Below, one piece after another: positions 50,385 through 60,657 of a stretch of 64,000 bases of DNA. Where the stretch lies: the NCBI GenBank assembly GCA_963665815.1, contig OY762463.1, positions 1,664,001-1,728,000 of the forward strand, in the 5' to 3' direction. The notes below the pieces were generated by a model that worked only from the letters and a program-made list of their open reading frames with translations, was not told the origin of the DNA and searched no databases. Each line of letters begins with the position of its first letter. The stretch's first letter is position 1. Source of the stretch: Candidatus Cloacimonadales bacterium. GTDB lineage: Bacteria > Cloacimonadota > Cloacimonadia > Cloacimonadales > JAIOQZ01. The translations under genes were made by a program, and so were the position numbers.

Positions 50385-51431
50385 TTATTCTTTATCTCCG
50401 GTGCTTACTGACCAGATTCTTCCTTTATTGTTTACGTACCAGACTTTTCCGCCTTTTTCCAATCCATAAATGAAATTGTATTTGTCAGCTATCACAATAA
50501 TATCCTTGTTATAAGGCTTGAAATCTTTATTAAAATGACCATGCTTGGATTCGTATTCTTTCTGCATGTAATATAGTTTGAAAAGCTCAACTCTCAGCTC
50601 AGGTTCTTCCTCAAAAACCGGTTCAACTTTTTCACCGGCTGAAGCATGAGAAAACTGAACAACACCCCATCTCTCAGGATAATGCATGGCAATCAGCCCT
50701 TGAGGAGACCAGACCCAGTTATTTTCAGGAAGATTCTTCTTCTTCACATATTTACCATTTACTATATCATATTGCCAGTCAACTCTGGAAAAATTCACTT
50801 TCATAATCTCATTATCTTCAGGAAAACCGGAATGTCTTGCACACTCTTCCAGTGCATTCCAGGGAATAGCAATTTCCACTGTCCAGTACTTGTCTTTATC
50901 AGATGGATTGTTTAAAGTGCCTTCAATATGTACTGCTGTTTTCAAACCTGCAATATTCCAATGGTCAACAGCTTTTCCGTTATCCTTATATGCCTGAGTA
51001 AGCAAGAGATCCCAGGTTGTATTAAGAGCATTCATCTCCAGTTCATAGTAATTATGTGTATCGCAATCAGGATCAATAAATACTTCGAAGTCATCATCAT
51101 AGAAAATCACATTATCATGTTCATTCAAGAATCCTGCAATATGTGTTTCCTCAAGTTTAGCAGCAACATAAAAGTAGTCTTCATCCCACAGCATTTTAGC
51201 TCTTGTATGCTGAAACGGAGCAGGTTTCAGATCTCCTTCAATATCAACAAATCTATTGGTCCATGGTACATTCTCCCATGATTTTTCATCAGGGATACCA
51301 TCAATATTAATCGGTTTCAATGCTTTGTAGCAGATGTAATGTTCCGGAGCATATTCAATCTGTGGTGTTGGGAAGCTACAAAACAATATTGTTGCAATAA
51401 AACTAAATACTATTATGCAGAAAAATCTCAT
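50385..51431 (-). CDS. Exported CBM9-like domain protein
   Basis: Signal peptide; IDG..DE.SW, LWD..YFYV, DFEVFIDP, WTVEIAIPW, NWVWSPQG..MH.PE.WG. Confidence 0.85.
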   Translation of the reverse strand: MRFFCIIVFSFIATILFCSFPTPQIEYAPEHYICYKALKPINIDGIPDEKSWENVPWTNRFVDIEGDLKPAPFQHTRAKMLWDEDYFYVAAKLEETHIAGFLNEHDNVIFYDDDFEVFIDPDCDTHNYYELEMNALNTTWDLLLTQAYKDNGKAVDHWNIAGLKTAVHIEGTLNNPSDKDKYWTVEIAIPWNALEECARHSGFPEDNEIMKVNFSRVDWQYDIVNGKYVKKKNLPENNWVWSPQGLIAMHYPERWGVVQFSHASAGEKVEPVFEEEPELRVELFKLYYMQKEYESKHGHFNKDFKPYNKDIIVIADKYNFIYGLEKGGKVWYVNNKGRIWSVSTGDKE

Positions 51432-51699
51432 AAGTCTATCTCCAATGTATTGATTTCAAAAAAATAGATGATCGCTGAATCCTGTCAATAAGTGAAATAC
51501 ACATAAGAGACATTAATGTAGAAAACACTTTAGAAAAGCCTTGGATAGCAATAAAAGATTTACACAATTTTACTAATTTTAATTGACAAGATTGCTGAAA
51601 GGTTAAATTATATATTTGCTAAGGTTTATGTATTATAATCTTAAATCAACGCATTAAGCTGATGATTCAGTTATCACATTGAAAATTAAGGAGTTCAAT

Positions 51700-52284
51700 A
51701 TGACTGAAAATGTATCTAACTCTGGAGAGATTCTGTTAGTATTGATAATATTACTATTGAACACCGGGCTGGTTATATTTCTAATTACTAAGCTTGTTAA
51801 GGCTTTGAGAGAGCTTCAATCCTATAGAAGACAGATTACCGGACTTGAAACAAGCAATAAGAAAATATTTACTCAGCTTGCTTCCTTAAACGAATCTGTG
51901 AAAATGAGTGGAGGACAGGAAAGCTCGTTTGACGCTATGGAGCTCCAGTGCATTCTTGAATATGCCGAAAACTATCAGCAAGTATACACATACCTGAAAA
52001 AAGTTGCTGCATGCGTTGATTCTAATGTATTGGAAAACTTTGGAGAAACAGCTAAAGAAATCTATTACATGATAGACGAATGGAATAATAAGTCAGGTAA
52101 AGCTAAACTTGTTCTTAGTGATGAAATCCTGCAGATGCACAAGAAAATAATTGATGAAATGTATAATTTCGCAGATTCTCTTAAAGATGAGCAGGACGCT
52201 GAAGCAATCATTAACACATTCCAGAAAATACATGAATCCAAAAAAGCTATTGACTCTATGACAAGAGAGGCAATTCAAAATTAA
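51700..52284 (+). CDS. Hypothetical membrane-anchored helical protein
   Basis: AAGGAG RBS before ATG 51700; N-terminal TM helix then coiled-coil. Confidence 0.65.
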   Translation: MTENVSNSGEILLVLIILLLNTGLVIFLITKLVKALRELQSYRRQITGLETSNKKIFTQLASLNESVKMSGGQESSFDAMELQCILEYAENYQQVYTYLKKVAACVDSNVLENFGETAKEIYYMIDEWNNKSGKAKLVLSDEILQMHKKIIDEMYNFADSLKDEQDAEAIINTFQKIHESKKAIDSMTREAIQN

Positions 52285-52302
52285 TTTCAAGGACAATTTT
52301 TA

Positions 52303-52986
52303 ATGAAATACAAATTTCTTCTTTTCGATATGGACCAGACAATTTTCAATTACAAAAAAGGCAATGTAAGTGCTCTGGAAATAACATTCAATAAATTTGG
52401 TCTTAATTTTTCGCAACAAATTCTTGATGAATATCGTTCTATCAATAAAAAGTTATGGTCAGATTTCGAACTTAACAAAATATCCGGATTTGATCTGCGA
52501 TCAGCAAGGTTCAAAAAACTGTTTGAAAAACTGGAGATTGATGCTGATGCTGTAGAAGTATCATCAGAATATCTCAGGAATCTGTCGAATCAAAGAGAAT
52601 ACATGCCCGGAGCAGAAGAAATGCTTGAGAAAGTAAAATCAGATTTCAAGCTTGGAATTATTACTAATGGTTTTGCAGATGTACAATATCCTAGACTGGC
52701 AGGATCATCAATATCTGATTTGTTCGACAAAATATCTGTTTCAGAGGAATCCGGATATTCCAAACCTGATTCAGGTATATTTGACTATACTTTTAAGTTA
52801 TATGATATCGAAGATAAAAATGATGTCCTGATTATAGGTGACAACCTGCAGTCAGACATAAAAGGCGGAAATGACTATGGGATTGATACATGTTGGTATA
52901 ATCCCAAAGAACTCTTAAACGATTCCAATATTGCCCCAACCTTTGAGGTTCAGAATTGGAATCAGTTTTTAAAGGAAATTTACTGA
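52303..52986 (+). CDS. YjjG-family HAD nucleotidase
   Basis: FDMDQT, ITNG, SEESG.SKPD, IGDNL.SDIKGG..YGIDTCW. Confidence 0.9.
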   Translation: MKYKFLLFDMDQTIFNYKKGNVSALEITFNKFGLNFSQQILDEYRSINKKLWSDFELNKISGFDLRSARFKKLFEKLEIDADAVEVSSEYLRNLSNQREYMPGAEEMLEKVKSDFKLGIITNGFADVQYPRLAGSSISDLFDKISVSEESGYSKPDSGIFDYTFKLYDIEDKNDVLIIGDNLQSDIKGGNDYGIDTCWYNPKELLNDSNIAPTFEVQNWNQFLKEIY

Positions 52987-52989
52987 TTT

Positions 52990-53454
52990 ATGAAAAGATT
53001 TATTATTCTGGCAGTATTACTTGCAGCATTAGTTTTATGTGCTGAACCGGTGAAAACATGGGAAACAGAATCCGGACTAAAAATTTCGATCCTTGTTGAA
53101 AGTGACAGCACAAAAGTAGTTGAAAAATATGATTTCCCTACAATGCACTATGAAGGAAGACTTTTGAATGGCAGAAAATTTGACAGTTCAATTGATCCCG
53201 GCACACCAATAACTTTTATCATTGGCATGGGAGAAATGATTGCAGGCATTGAAGAAGGAATGCTGGGAATGCGTCCGGGAGAAACAAGAAGACTGATTAT
53301 CCCGCCAAGCCTCGGATATGGTCAACACTGGTATGAGAACGTAATCCCACCTAATTCAACTCTGGATTTCACAATACAGTTGTTATCTTTGAAAAAGCAC
53401 AAATTGAACCTTAAAAAAGAAATTAAAAATGAATCAGGTTCTAACTCTCAATAG
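52990..53454 (+). CDS. FKBP-type peptidyl-prolyl isomerase (exported)
   Basis: HYEGRL.NG.KFDSS, I.G.EEG..GM..GE.R.LIIPP.LGYG, IPPNSTL.F. Confidence 0.92.
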   Translation: MKRFIILAVLLAALVLCAEPVKTWETESGLKISILVESDSTKVVEKYDFPTMHYEGRLLNGRKFDSSIDPGTPITFIIGMGEMIAGIEEGMLGMRPGETRRLIIPPSLGYGQHWYENVIPPNSTLDFTIQLLSLKKHKLNLKKEIKNESGSNSQ

Positions 53455-54219
53455 AACTTCAGAATATTCAATTATTTTCCTGAAACCAATCTTTTCATAA
53501 CATCTGATAGCAGAATAGTTATCTGATTTAACATTCAATGCAATATAATCGCACGATTTAAACAAATCAGCACAAATCGAAGATGTAATTAACTCGCCTA
53601 ATCCCATTCCTCTGAAATCTCTATGTACTGCAATAGAACCCAATGCTGCGATCCTGTATTGATCAGAACAAGTATGTATTCCCCCAAATGCAAGCCATTT
53701 ATTTTCTTTAAGTATTACTTTAAACTTACCTGAATTTAACAACTCATGATCGAACCAGTTCTCAGGATAATGCTCATTCAAAAAAGTATGCACTTCAGCG
53801 ATTTCATCAGGTCTGACTGTTCTTATTATATAATCACTTTCTAAGAGTTCTTTGTGGTTTGAAAAGGTCATTCCCATTCGAAAAGATTTGATATTTTGTT
53901 CAACCGTGAACTCAGTTTTCAATAAATCCACAACTTCACTGTTTGCATGCAAATAGAACTTGTTTTCAAGATCAGGAATAAGTTTTCGCCACATATTCAG
54001 CACATTGATGTTAATCTCAGGAACAATATTTATGTATATTGGTGTTTCAAACTTGGAATATCTCATTATCACACTTGAGCTGCTTTTATCCTCAGAACCG
54101 ACATAATAATCAGTAAACCTCCAGTAAGAATCATCCAAATCAGATAATCTATAAGCATTATGAAAAGGATATCTTACCAGATTATCGTATAACGCTTGTT
54201 TGCTCTTGGATTTTTTCAT
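53434..54219 (-). CDS. GNAT family acetyltransferase
   Basis: IAVH.DFRGMGLG, LNV..DN.SAI.CYEKIGF. Confidence 0.85.
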   Translation of the reverse strand: MKKSKSKQALYDNLVRYPFHNAYRLSDLDDSYWRFTDYYVGSEDKSSSSVIMRYSKFETPIYINIVPEININVLNMWRKLIPDLENKFYLHANSEVVDLLKTEFTVEQNIKSFRMGMTFSNHKELLESDYIIRTVRPDEIAEVHTFLNEHYPENWFDHELLNSGKFKVILKENKWLAFGGIHTCSDQYRIAALGSIAVHRDFRGMGLGELITSSICADLFKSCDYIALNVKSDNYSAIRCYEKIGFRKIIEYSEVLLRVRT

Positions 54220-55667
54220 TAATCCAGAGACAGCATTTTTACATTTTCACTGTAGTTTTCGAATCTCAGATTATCAAGATCACGCATTTTCTGTAAAAGT
54301 TTTCTGATTCTCTCGAGAGAACCTTCCATTCTATCAATAAGTTTTGTCTGTTTGTCAGTAAGATTATCTTCGTCCATTGACATCTTAAGAAGGTCCAGGC
54401 TGCCCTGTAAAATCATCAACGGTTGATTAACCTCATGGTTTGTTGTTATAGCCATAGCCAAAGCAGTGTTTTTCTTTTCAAGATCTATTATTGCACTCTG
54501 AGACTTTTTCAAATCGGCATAAGACTGATAAAGCAGATTTGTTTTCTGCTCTATAGCTGACTTCTGAGCATTGATTATCTTTAGTTTTTCAGGGATTTCC
54601 TGATTCTTTAACTTTGAGATCTCTTTCTCTTTCTCTTCACTCATTTCTTCATATTTTCTTTGAATCAAATTTATTTTATGGCTTGTTATTTCTTTTTCGA
54701 TTTCCATACTCAGTTCTTCAGATTCAAGCATATTTTCGTATGCTTTCTCATAATCTTCTTTCAAAGAATGTATTGTTGCCTCATATCTCAAACATTGTCT
54801 TACATCAGTTTTATGATCAGTCTTTTTTGAAAGTTCTTTTGATTTAGCAAGATATTTCAACGCTGTGTCATAGTCTTCCATATACCTGTAACATCTTGCA
54901 ATATTATAGTTTGTCTTTGCAACACCTCTAAGATCATTCAGCTTCTCTTTTATCTTTAAAGATTCTTCAAGATAATCCTTTGCCTTTTCAAACTCCTCAC
55001 ATTGAGTAAAAATTATGCCAAAATTATTGAGAGCCTTTGCAATTCCATTCTGATGTTTAACTGCCCGATAATCATCCAGACTTTCCTGAGTATATTCCAG
55101 AGCTTTTTCCAATTCATCGCAATCAATATATAGTAAGCCAATATTCAGTTTAACTGTTCCAAGCCTTTTCTTATCCCCAAGTTTTTCCCTTATCTGGAGT
55201 GATTTCATCCAATACTCAAGAGCTTTGTCAGTATCCTTTAAGCGACGATATATAACTCCAATGCTATTCAATTGACATGCTATACTCTCCTGATTGTCCA
55301 TCTTTTCGTCTATCTGTAAAGCCTGCAGAAAGTATTCAAGAGCTTTTTCATATTTTGCCTGCCACACAAAGCAACATGCATATTTGGTAATTGCACTGGA
55401 AAGTCCACCAAAATCATTTTCATTCTCACATAGTTCAATAGATTTTTTCAGGTAAATTTTGGCAAGATCATAACGATTCATATGTAGATATATTTGTCCT
55501 AAAAGATTTGTCAGCTTTATTTCATGCTCAGTTTCACCCTTCCCCTCAATTCTATCAAGAGCTTCCTGTGCAATCTTCTCACAGACAGCTCCTTTTTCAA
55601 TTGAGTTCTCAGCTATATAATTTATCAGTTCTTCAATGGATCTATCTTCTAATCTCACATTAACCAC
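54219..55667 (-). CDS. Cytoplasmic TPR protein with a C-terminal HisKA (H-box) domain and no ATPase domain
   Basis: About 7 TPRs (A..LN.IG..Y), coiled coil, TTNHEVNQPL; ORF ends about 70 aa later without N/G boxes. Confidence 0.8.
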   Translation of the reverse strand: MVNVRLEDRSIEELINYIAENSIEKGAVCEKIAQEALDRIEGKGETEHEIKLTNLLGQIYLHMNRYDLAKIYLKKSIELCENENDFGGLSSAITKYACCFVWQAKYEKALEYFLQALQIDEKMDNQESIACQLNSIGVIYRRLKDTDKALEYWMKSLQIREKLGDKKRLGTVKLNIGLLYIDCDELEKALEYTQESLDDYRAVKHQNGIAKALNNFGIIFTQCEEFEKAKDYLEESLKIKEKLNDLRGVAKTNYNIARCYRYMEDYDTALKYLAKSKELSKKTDHKTDVRQCLRYEATIHSLKEDYEKAYENMLESEELSMEIEKEITSHKINLIQRKYEEMSEEKEKEISKLKNQEIPEKLKIINAQKSAIEQKTNLLYQSYADLKKSQSAIIDLEKKNTALAMAITTNHEVNQPLMILQGSLDLLKMSMDEDNLTDKQTKLIDRMEGSLERIRKLLQKMRDLDNLRFENYSENVKMLSLD

Positions 55668-55845
55668 CTATCTAATACTATGTTAAGAAATGCATAGTTC
55701 ATCTTAGCATATAGTATTCATTGTCAAGGAAAAAATCCTACATTGTTCTGAAGCGTTTACTACCGTCCGAAATGATGAAATTTCAAAAATAAATTGACAA
55801 GCATTGTTAATGCTGCGGTGATAAATTGTTAAGAAGAAAATCATT

Positions 55846-58800
55846 ATGTCTCAGGAGAGAGATTTGAAAAAAATTGCAGCCTTATATTTTTTGTCTTTTA
55901 TTATCCTCATATTTCCGTTTTTTGCTTATGCTGAAATAATTAATGGTTCAAGCGGTAAAGATTCACCAAATGTAAAAGCTTTCGTTGATTCCATTCTGAC
56001 ATCATCCAAAGAGATAATCAGTGCGAACCCGGGCAGAGCCAGATATATTCTTGAAAAAGCTGTAAAGGAAATCCCGGAGAATGGATATAACTATGAAAAA
56101 AGCATGCTTTACAAACAACTGGCATCATCATACTACAGACTTGGTAATTATAATTCAGCGATAAAATACAACAACAAAGCTCTATCATGTCTCACAAACT
56201 CAGAACATGATTCTGCACTCGGATCAATATATAACAATTTTGGTGTTTTTTATAAAGCCGCAGGGAATTATAAAGCTGCTCTGGAATATAACGAAAAGGC
56301 AAAAGCTATTTTCGAAAAAAATAACAGTAAAAGCAAAGTTGCTGTGATTTTGATCAATATGGGTAATATCGCAGCATTAATGAGTGACAGTCAAAATGCA
56401 GAGAAGTATTTCAACAAATCTATTGATATGTGCAGAGAAAACAACTTTGATAAACTACTTATAATGGCATATATCAATTATGGATTATCATGCAACATGA
56501 ATGGAATGTCAGAAAAAGCTGTTGATAATTTCAAAAAAGCCCTTAAGCACAGTGAACTGATAAATGATGAATTGAATATTGCTAAATGTCATAATAATCT
56601 TGGGCTTGTATACTTCGAGTCAGGCAAATATGATAAAGCCCTTCATCAATATGAAGCATTACTTGATCAGAAAATGAGCATTGGAGACAGTCTCAGTATA
56701 GCTTCAACTTTAAATAACATAGGACTGATATACGACAGAAGCGGAAAGTTCTTTCAAGCATTGTCACACTATTCTCAAGCTCTTGATATCCAGAAAAAGA
56801 AGAAAAAAGACACTAATCTTGTGAGATACTTGAATAATATTGCGGGAATATATCAGAATTATGGATTGGGTAAGAACGAATCAAGATTTGCTGACAATAT
56901 ACAGGATATTGAGCAAGAAATCTCTAAAAGCAACGAATCTTTCTTAAACTGGTATTATCTGAACCTTTCCAGTGTTAATTCGAGAAAAGACTTTTCCAAC
57001 AAATCACTTGAATTCAGTAAAGAAGCTCTTGCAACTGCCAATGAACTTTCATTCGTTGAAGGTAAGATTACTGCTCTGAATAATATAGGACTAGTATACG
57101 ACAGTCAGAAGAAACCTGATCTCGCTCTGGAATATTACGAAAAAGCCTATCAGCTTCAGAATAAGAATAAACGTAATGGTAATCCAGGGCTTCTTGAGTA
57201 TAATATCGGAAATCTCTATCTGCAGAAAGGAGATAATCGCACTGCCCTGAAGTATCTCAAAACAGGTTTAAAAGCTGCAGAGCAGAAGAACGACTCATCC
57301 CAGCTCATGAATTACCATTTTGCGATATCAAAAGCATATGCAAATCTGCACAATTTCAAGAAGGCATATTATCATTATAATCAATACGTAGCTGCCAAGG
57401 ATGTTGTCTACAACAAGAACAATCAGAAAATTATCGCTGAACTGAAAGAGAAATATGATGCCGAGGCTAGCGAGCAGGCAAACAAACTTCTCATAAACGA
57501 ACTGGAAATAAAAGAGCTGCAGAATCACCGTCAGAGAATGATGTCAGCCTTTGTTTCAGTAACAGCTCTGTTAATACTTTTTATTCTTATATACATTTAC
57601 GGACGTTATCGTCAAAAAAACAAAATGGCTCTGAAGCTTAAAGAAATTGTCGAGGATAAGACAAGGCACCTTACTACAGAAATTAAGGAACGTAAACAGA
57701 TTGAAGATGAGTTAAGAGTTGAAAGAAACATGTTCTTCAATATTTTTCATAACTCTCCTTATGGTATGGTATTATATGAAAATGGCAAGATTAAACTGCT
57801 TAATCCGGAATGTATCAATATCCTGGGTTATCAGCGTAAAGACCTTGTTAATCTTGAAACTGTATTGAATGCTGTTTCCACAAATGAAGAGCAGAAATCG
57901 AAACTGCAGAACATCATAACTCGAGAACTAAAAGGTGCAGAAGGCATCAGAGACTTTGAGCTTAAAATGATGACAAAGGACGGTATTCAGAAAGATATTG
58001 AAATTCGTCTTACATTCCTTACAAATGATGCGGTCATAGCAATACTCTCAGATGTAACCAAGAAAAAGCAGTCTGAACTTAACCTTAAGAAAAGAGAAAG
58101 CCAGTACAGAAATCTGGTAGAAAACTCACCAACAGGTATTATCTCAATTGATGACAGAGGAAATGTAATCAACATTAACCAGAAAATGATTGAGATTGTC
58201 GATTTACCGCTTATAGAAGACTTATTCGCAATCAGATTCTTTGAATTCAGTTTATTCTCAAACAGCGGAATAGCCGATGACTTCAAGCAATGCCTTAAAG
58301 ACGGTTGTCCTGCCGTATATGAAAAACAGGTTCAAACTGAGAAAAACGGACTTCTGGTTCTGAGATATCATCTAAATCCAATAGATGATGCTGAAGGCAA
58401 CATTGTTGGGGTTCAGGCAAACTTCGAGGATATAACAAGCAGAATCAGCAGTGAAAAAGCACGTATCAGACTGGAAAAGGCAATTGAACAGGCACATGAA
58501 TGTGTGATGATTACAGATAAAGACTGCATTATTCAATACATTAATCCTGCAGTAACCAATATCAGCGGATATACATCTGAAGAGATTATTGGCAAAAAAC
58601 CAAACATACTCCACAGTGGAGAACATGATAGAGAGTTTTATGACAAACTGAAAACCACAATAAAAAGCGGACTTATCTGGAGCGGTCACTTTATAAACAA
58701 GCGTAAAGACGGGACCAATTACGAAGAAAACGCTACTATCACACCGATCAAAAACGAAACCGGAGAAATTACAAATTACGTTGCAGTGAAAAGAGATGTT

Positions 58801-59964
58801 ACTGAACAGCTCAGACTGGAATCCCAGTTAAGGCAAGCCCAGAAAATGGAGGCTATTGGTACTCTTGCAGCAGGAATTGCTCACGATTTCAACAACATTC
58901 TCAATATTCTACTTCAAAGAAATGAACTGGTTATGCTGTATGCAGAAAGTATGCCGAAAATACATAGTAAGTTAAAGGAATCCGAAAGAACAATATACCG
59001 CGCAAAAGATCTGGTTACTCAAATACTTGCATTCAGCAGACAATCCGAGCAGGAAGTTAAATGTGTTGAGGCCAGAATAATTGTTAAAGAAGCATCAACT
59101 ATAATCCGGGCTTCTATTCCTTCAACAATTAACATTGTAAGAAAAAAACTTTGCTACAGCAAAATCTATGCAGATCCTACCCAACTGTATCAAGTCATTG
59201 TAAATCTGGTAACAAACGCATACCATGCTATGCAGGATACGGGTGGTACAATTACCCTTGGACTGGAAGACGTGATATATAAAGACATCCCTGACGCTGT
59301 TAAGCAGGACCTGGAATATCAGGATTATGTCAGACTATCCATAGCCGACACAGGACCGGGAATACCTCCACATATCCTCGAAAGAATATTCGATCCGTAC
59401 TTTACTACCAAAGCCAAAGGACGAGGAACCGGCATGGGGCTCTCAATCGTGCATGGCATTGTGAAAAGCTATGGCGGAGCAATTGAAGTCAATACGGAAA
59501 TAGGTTCAGGAACAACGTTCAACATATACTTCCCTCTGGCAAACCAGGAAGTAGAATCAATAAATTCAGGAAAAAATGGAGCTCAGATAAAAGGTAATGC
59601 AAAAGTGATGTTCGTAGATGATGAGGAAGATCTGGTTGAACTCTTCAAAGAAGGACTCGAACGTTACGGATACTCCGTTGATTCATTCATATCCAGCATT
59701 GATGCTCTGGAAGCATTCAAAAAGAATCCTTATAACTATGAGATCCTGATTTCCGATTATACAATGCCCGGTTTAACAGGACTTCAGCTTGCAGACTCAA
59801 TTTCAAAAATAAGGGATAAGTTCCCTATAATCATCTGTTCAGGACTCAGCGAAGAACTTAGTGCCTCTATTGCCGAGAAAGCAGGAATTAGAGATATTGT
59901 CAAAAAACCTGTTTCAATATCTGACCTGGCAGATATTATCGAGTCACATATCGCAAAAGAATAA
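55846..59964 (+). CDS. Hybrid sensor histidine kinase/response regulator (periplasmic TPR, TM, 3 PAS, HisKA, HATPase, REC)
   Basis: Signal/TM segments, many TPRs, [45 protein letters not shown]. Confidence 0.93.
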   Translation: MSQERDLKKIAALYFLSFIILIFPFFAYAEIINGSSGKDSPNVKAFVDSILTSSKEIISANPGRARYILEKAVKEIPENGYNYEKSMLYKQLASSYYRLGNYNSAIKYNNKALSCLTNSEHDSALGSIYNNFGVFYKAAGNYKAALEYNEKAKAIFEKNNSKSKVAVILINMGNIAALMSDSQNAEKYFNKSIDMCRENNFDKLLIMAYINYGLSCNMNGMSEKAVDNFKKALKHSELINDELNIAKCHNNLGLVYFESGKYDKALHQYEALLDQKMSIGDSLSIASTLNNIGLIYDRSGKFFQALSHYSQALDIQKKKKKDTNLVRYLNNIAGIYQNYGLGKNESRFADNIQDIEQEISKSNESFLNWYYLNLSSVNSRKDFSNKSLEFSKEALATANELSFVEGKITALNNIGLVYDSQKKPDLALEYYEKAYQLQNKNKRNGNPGLLEYNIGNLYLQKGDNRTALKYLKTGLKAAEQKNDSSQLMNYHFAISKAYANLHNFKKAYYHYNQYVAAKDVVYNKNNQKIIAELKEKYDAEASEQANKLLINELEIKELQNHRQRMMSAFVSVTALLILFILIYIYGRYRQKNKMALKLKEIVEDKTRHLTTEIKERKQIEDELRVERNMFFNIFHNSPYGMVLYENGKIKLLNPECINILGYQRKDLVNLETVLNAVSTNEEQKSKLQNIITRELKGAEGIRDFELKMMTKDGIQKDIEIRLTFLTNDAVIAILSDVTKKKQSELNLKKRESQYRNLVENSPTGIISIDDRGNVININQKMIEIVDLPLIEDLFAIRFFEFSLFSNSGIADDFKQCLKDGCPAVYEKQVQTEKNGLLVLRYHLNPIDDAEGNIVGVQANFEDITSRISSEKARIRLEKAIEQAHECVMITDKDCIIQYINPAVTNISGYTSEEIIGKKPNILHSGEHDREFYDKLKTTIKSGLIWSGHFINKRKDGTNYEENATITPIKNETGEITNYVAVKRDVTEQLRLESQLRQAQKMEAIGTLAAGIAHDFNNILNILLQRNELVMLYAESMPKIHSKLKESERTIYRAKDLVTQILAFSRQSEQEVKCVEARIIVKEASTIIRASIPSTINIVRKKLCYSKIYADPTQLYQVIVNLVTNAYHAMQDTGGTITLGLEDVIYKDIPDAVKQDLEYQDYVRLSIADTGPGIPPHILERIFDPYFTTKAKGRGTGMGLSIVHGIVKSYGGAIEVNTEIGSGTTFNIYFPLANQEVESINSGKNGAQIKGNAKVMFVDDEEDLVELFKEGLERYGYSVDSFISSIDALEAFKKNPYNYEILISDYTMPGLTGLQLADSISKIRDKFPIIICSGLSEELSASIAEKAGIRDIVKKPVSISDLADIIESHIAKE

Positions 59965-59965
59965 T

Positions 59966-60123
59966 GAGAGCTTTATATAATAGCAAAACCAATCAGAATT
60001 GGTTAAAAAATATCGGTGAGATTTCTGAGTTGATCAGGAAAACTTCATTAAAGAAGCTTAATTTGAGTCAGAATTTGATGGGTTCTAAAATCGAGTCAAC
60101 TACCCCAATTATGCAAGGGTCGC
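59966..60123 (+). mobile_element. MITE, about 158 bp, with IS5-like TIRs
   Basis: Ends GAGAGCTTTATATAAT ... ATTATGCAAGGGTCGC; shares TTCTAAAATCGAGTCAACTACCC with the 46845 copy. Confidence 0.75.
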
Positions 60124-60227
60124 ATAATCTTCGAATCTGTGTATGTTAACCGATTATAACTATTCATTTTCGGGTATACACTTTCATCAATCAGCTAATA
60201 TCAACATCTCAGCCATGTTCCTTGAAT

Positions 60228-60244
60228 TGGCATGAATATAGCAT
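60228..60244 (+). promoter_or_regulatory. Candidate sigma-54 (-24/-12) promoter of the PilZ gene
   Basis: TGGCATG-AATA-TAGCAT, with GG-N10-GC spacing. Confidence 0.4.
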
Positions 60245-60264
60245 ATATTGTCTCAGGAGATATT

Positions 60265-60642
60265 ATGGAAAGAAGATATAACCCAAGAGTTCCTACAGAT
60301 AAAATGATTCATTTTTCGGTTCTATCGGAAAATCAGATAGAAGAGTATTCCGGTATTGCAAAAAACTGTAATTACGGTGGACTCTTTCTGGAATCAGAAA
60401 AAATAGTTCCTCAAAATACGGAAATCATTGTTGAATTTGAGTTTAAGAAAGAACCAAGACCAGTTAAGGCTAAAGCTAGTGTCAGATGGATTCGAGAAGA
60501 AGAACCCGTCGGCATGGGAATTCAACTGCTTGAGTTTGAAAAAGACGAGCAGAGAAACTTCTCACTCTGGTTATCTGATCTTTGCAGATGCTTAGGATAT
60601 AAGGATAATCAAGACGGGGATATTGACGAACTGATTTTTTAA
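60265..60642 (+). CDS. Stand-alone PilZ domain protein
   Basis: RRYNPR (RxxxR), NCNYGG (D/NxSxxG variant), VRW, GMGIQ; AGGAGA RBS before ATG 60265. Confidence 0.85.
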   Translation: MERRYNPRVPTDKMIHFSVLSENQIEEYSGIAKNCNYGGLFLESEKIVPQNTEIIVEFEFKKEPRPVKAKASVRWIREEEPVGMGIQLLEFEKDEQRNFSLWLSDLCRCLGYKDNQDGDIDELIF

Positions 60643-60657
60643 GATAATTTCCAGAAC

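Noticed and set aside
59964-60149. 61-aa ORF after the hybrid kinase
   Set aside because: It coincides with the MITE copy and is probably a chance reading frame.
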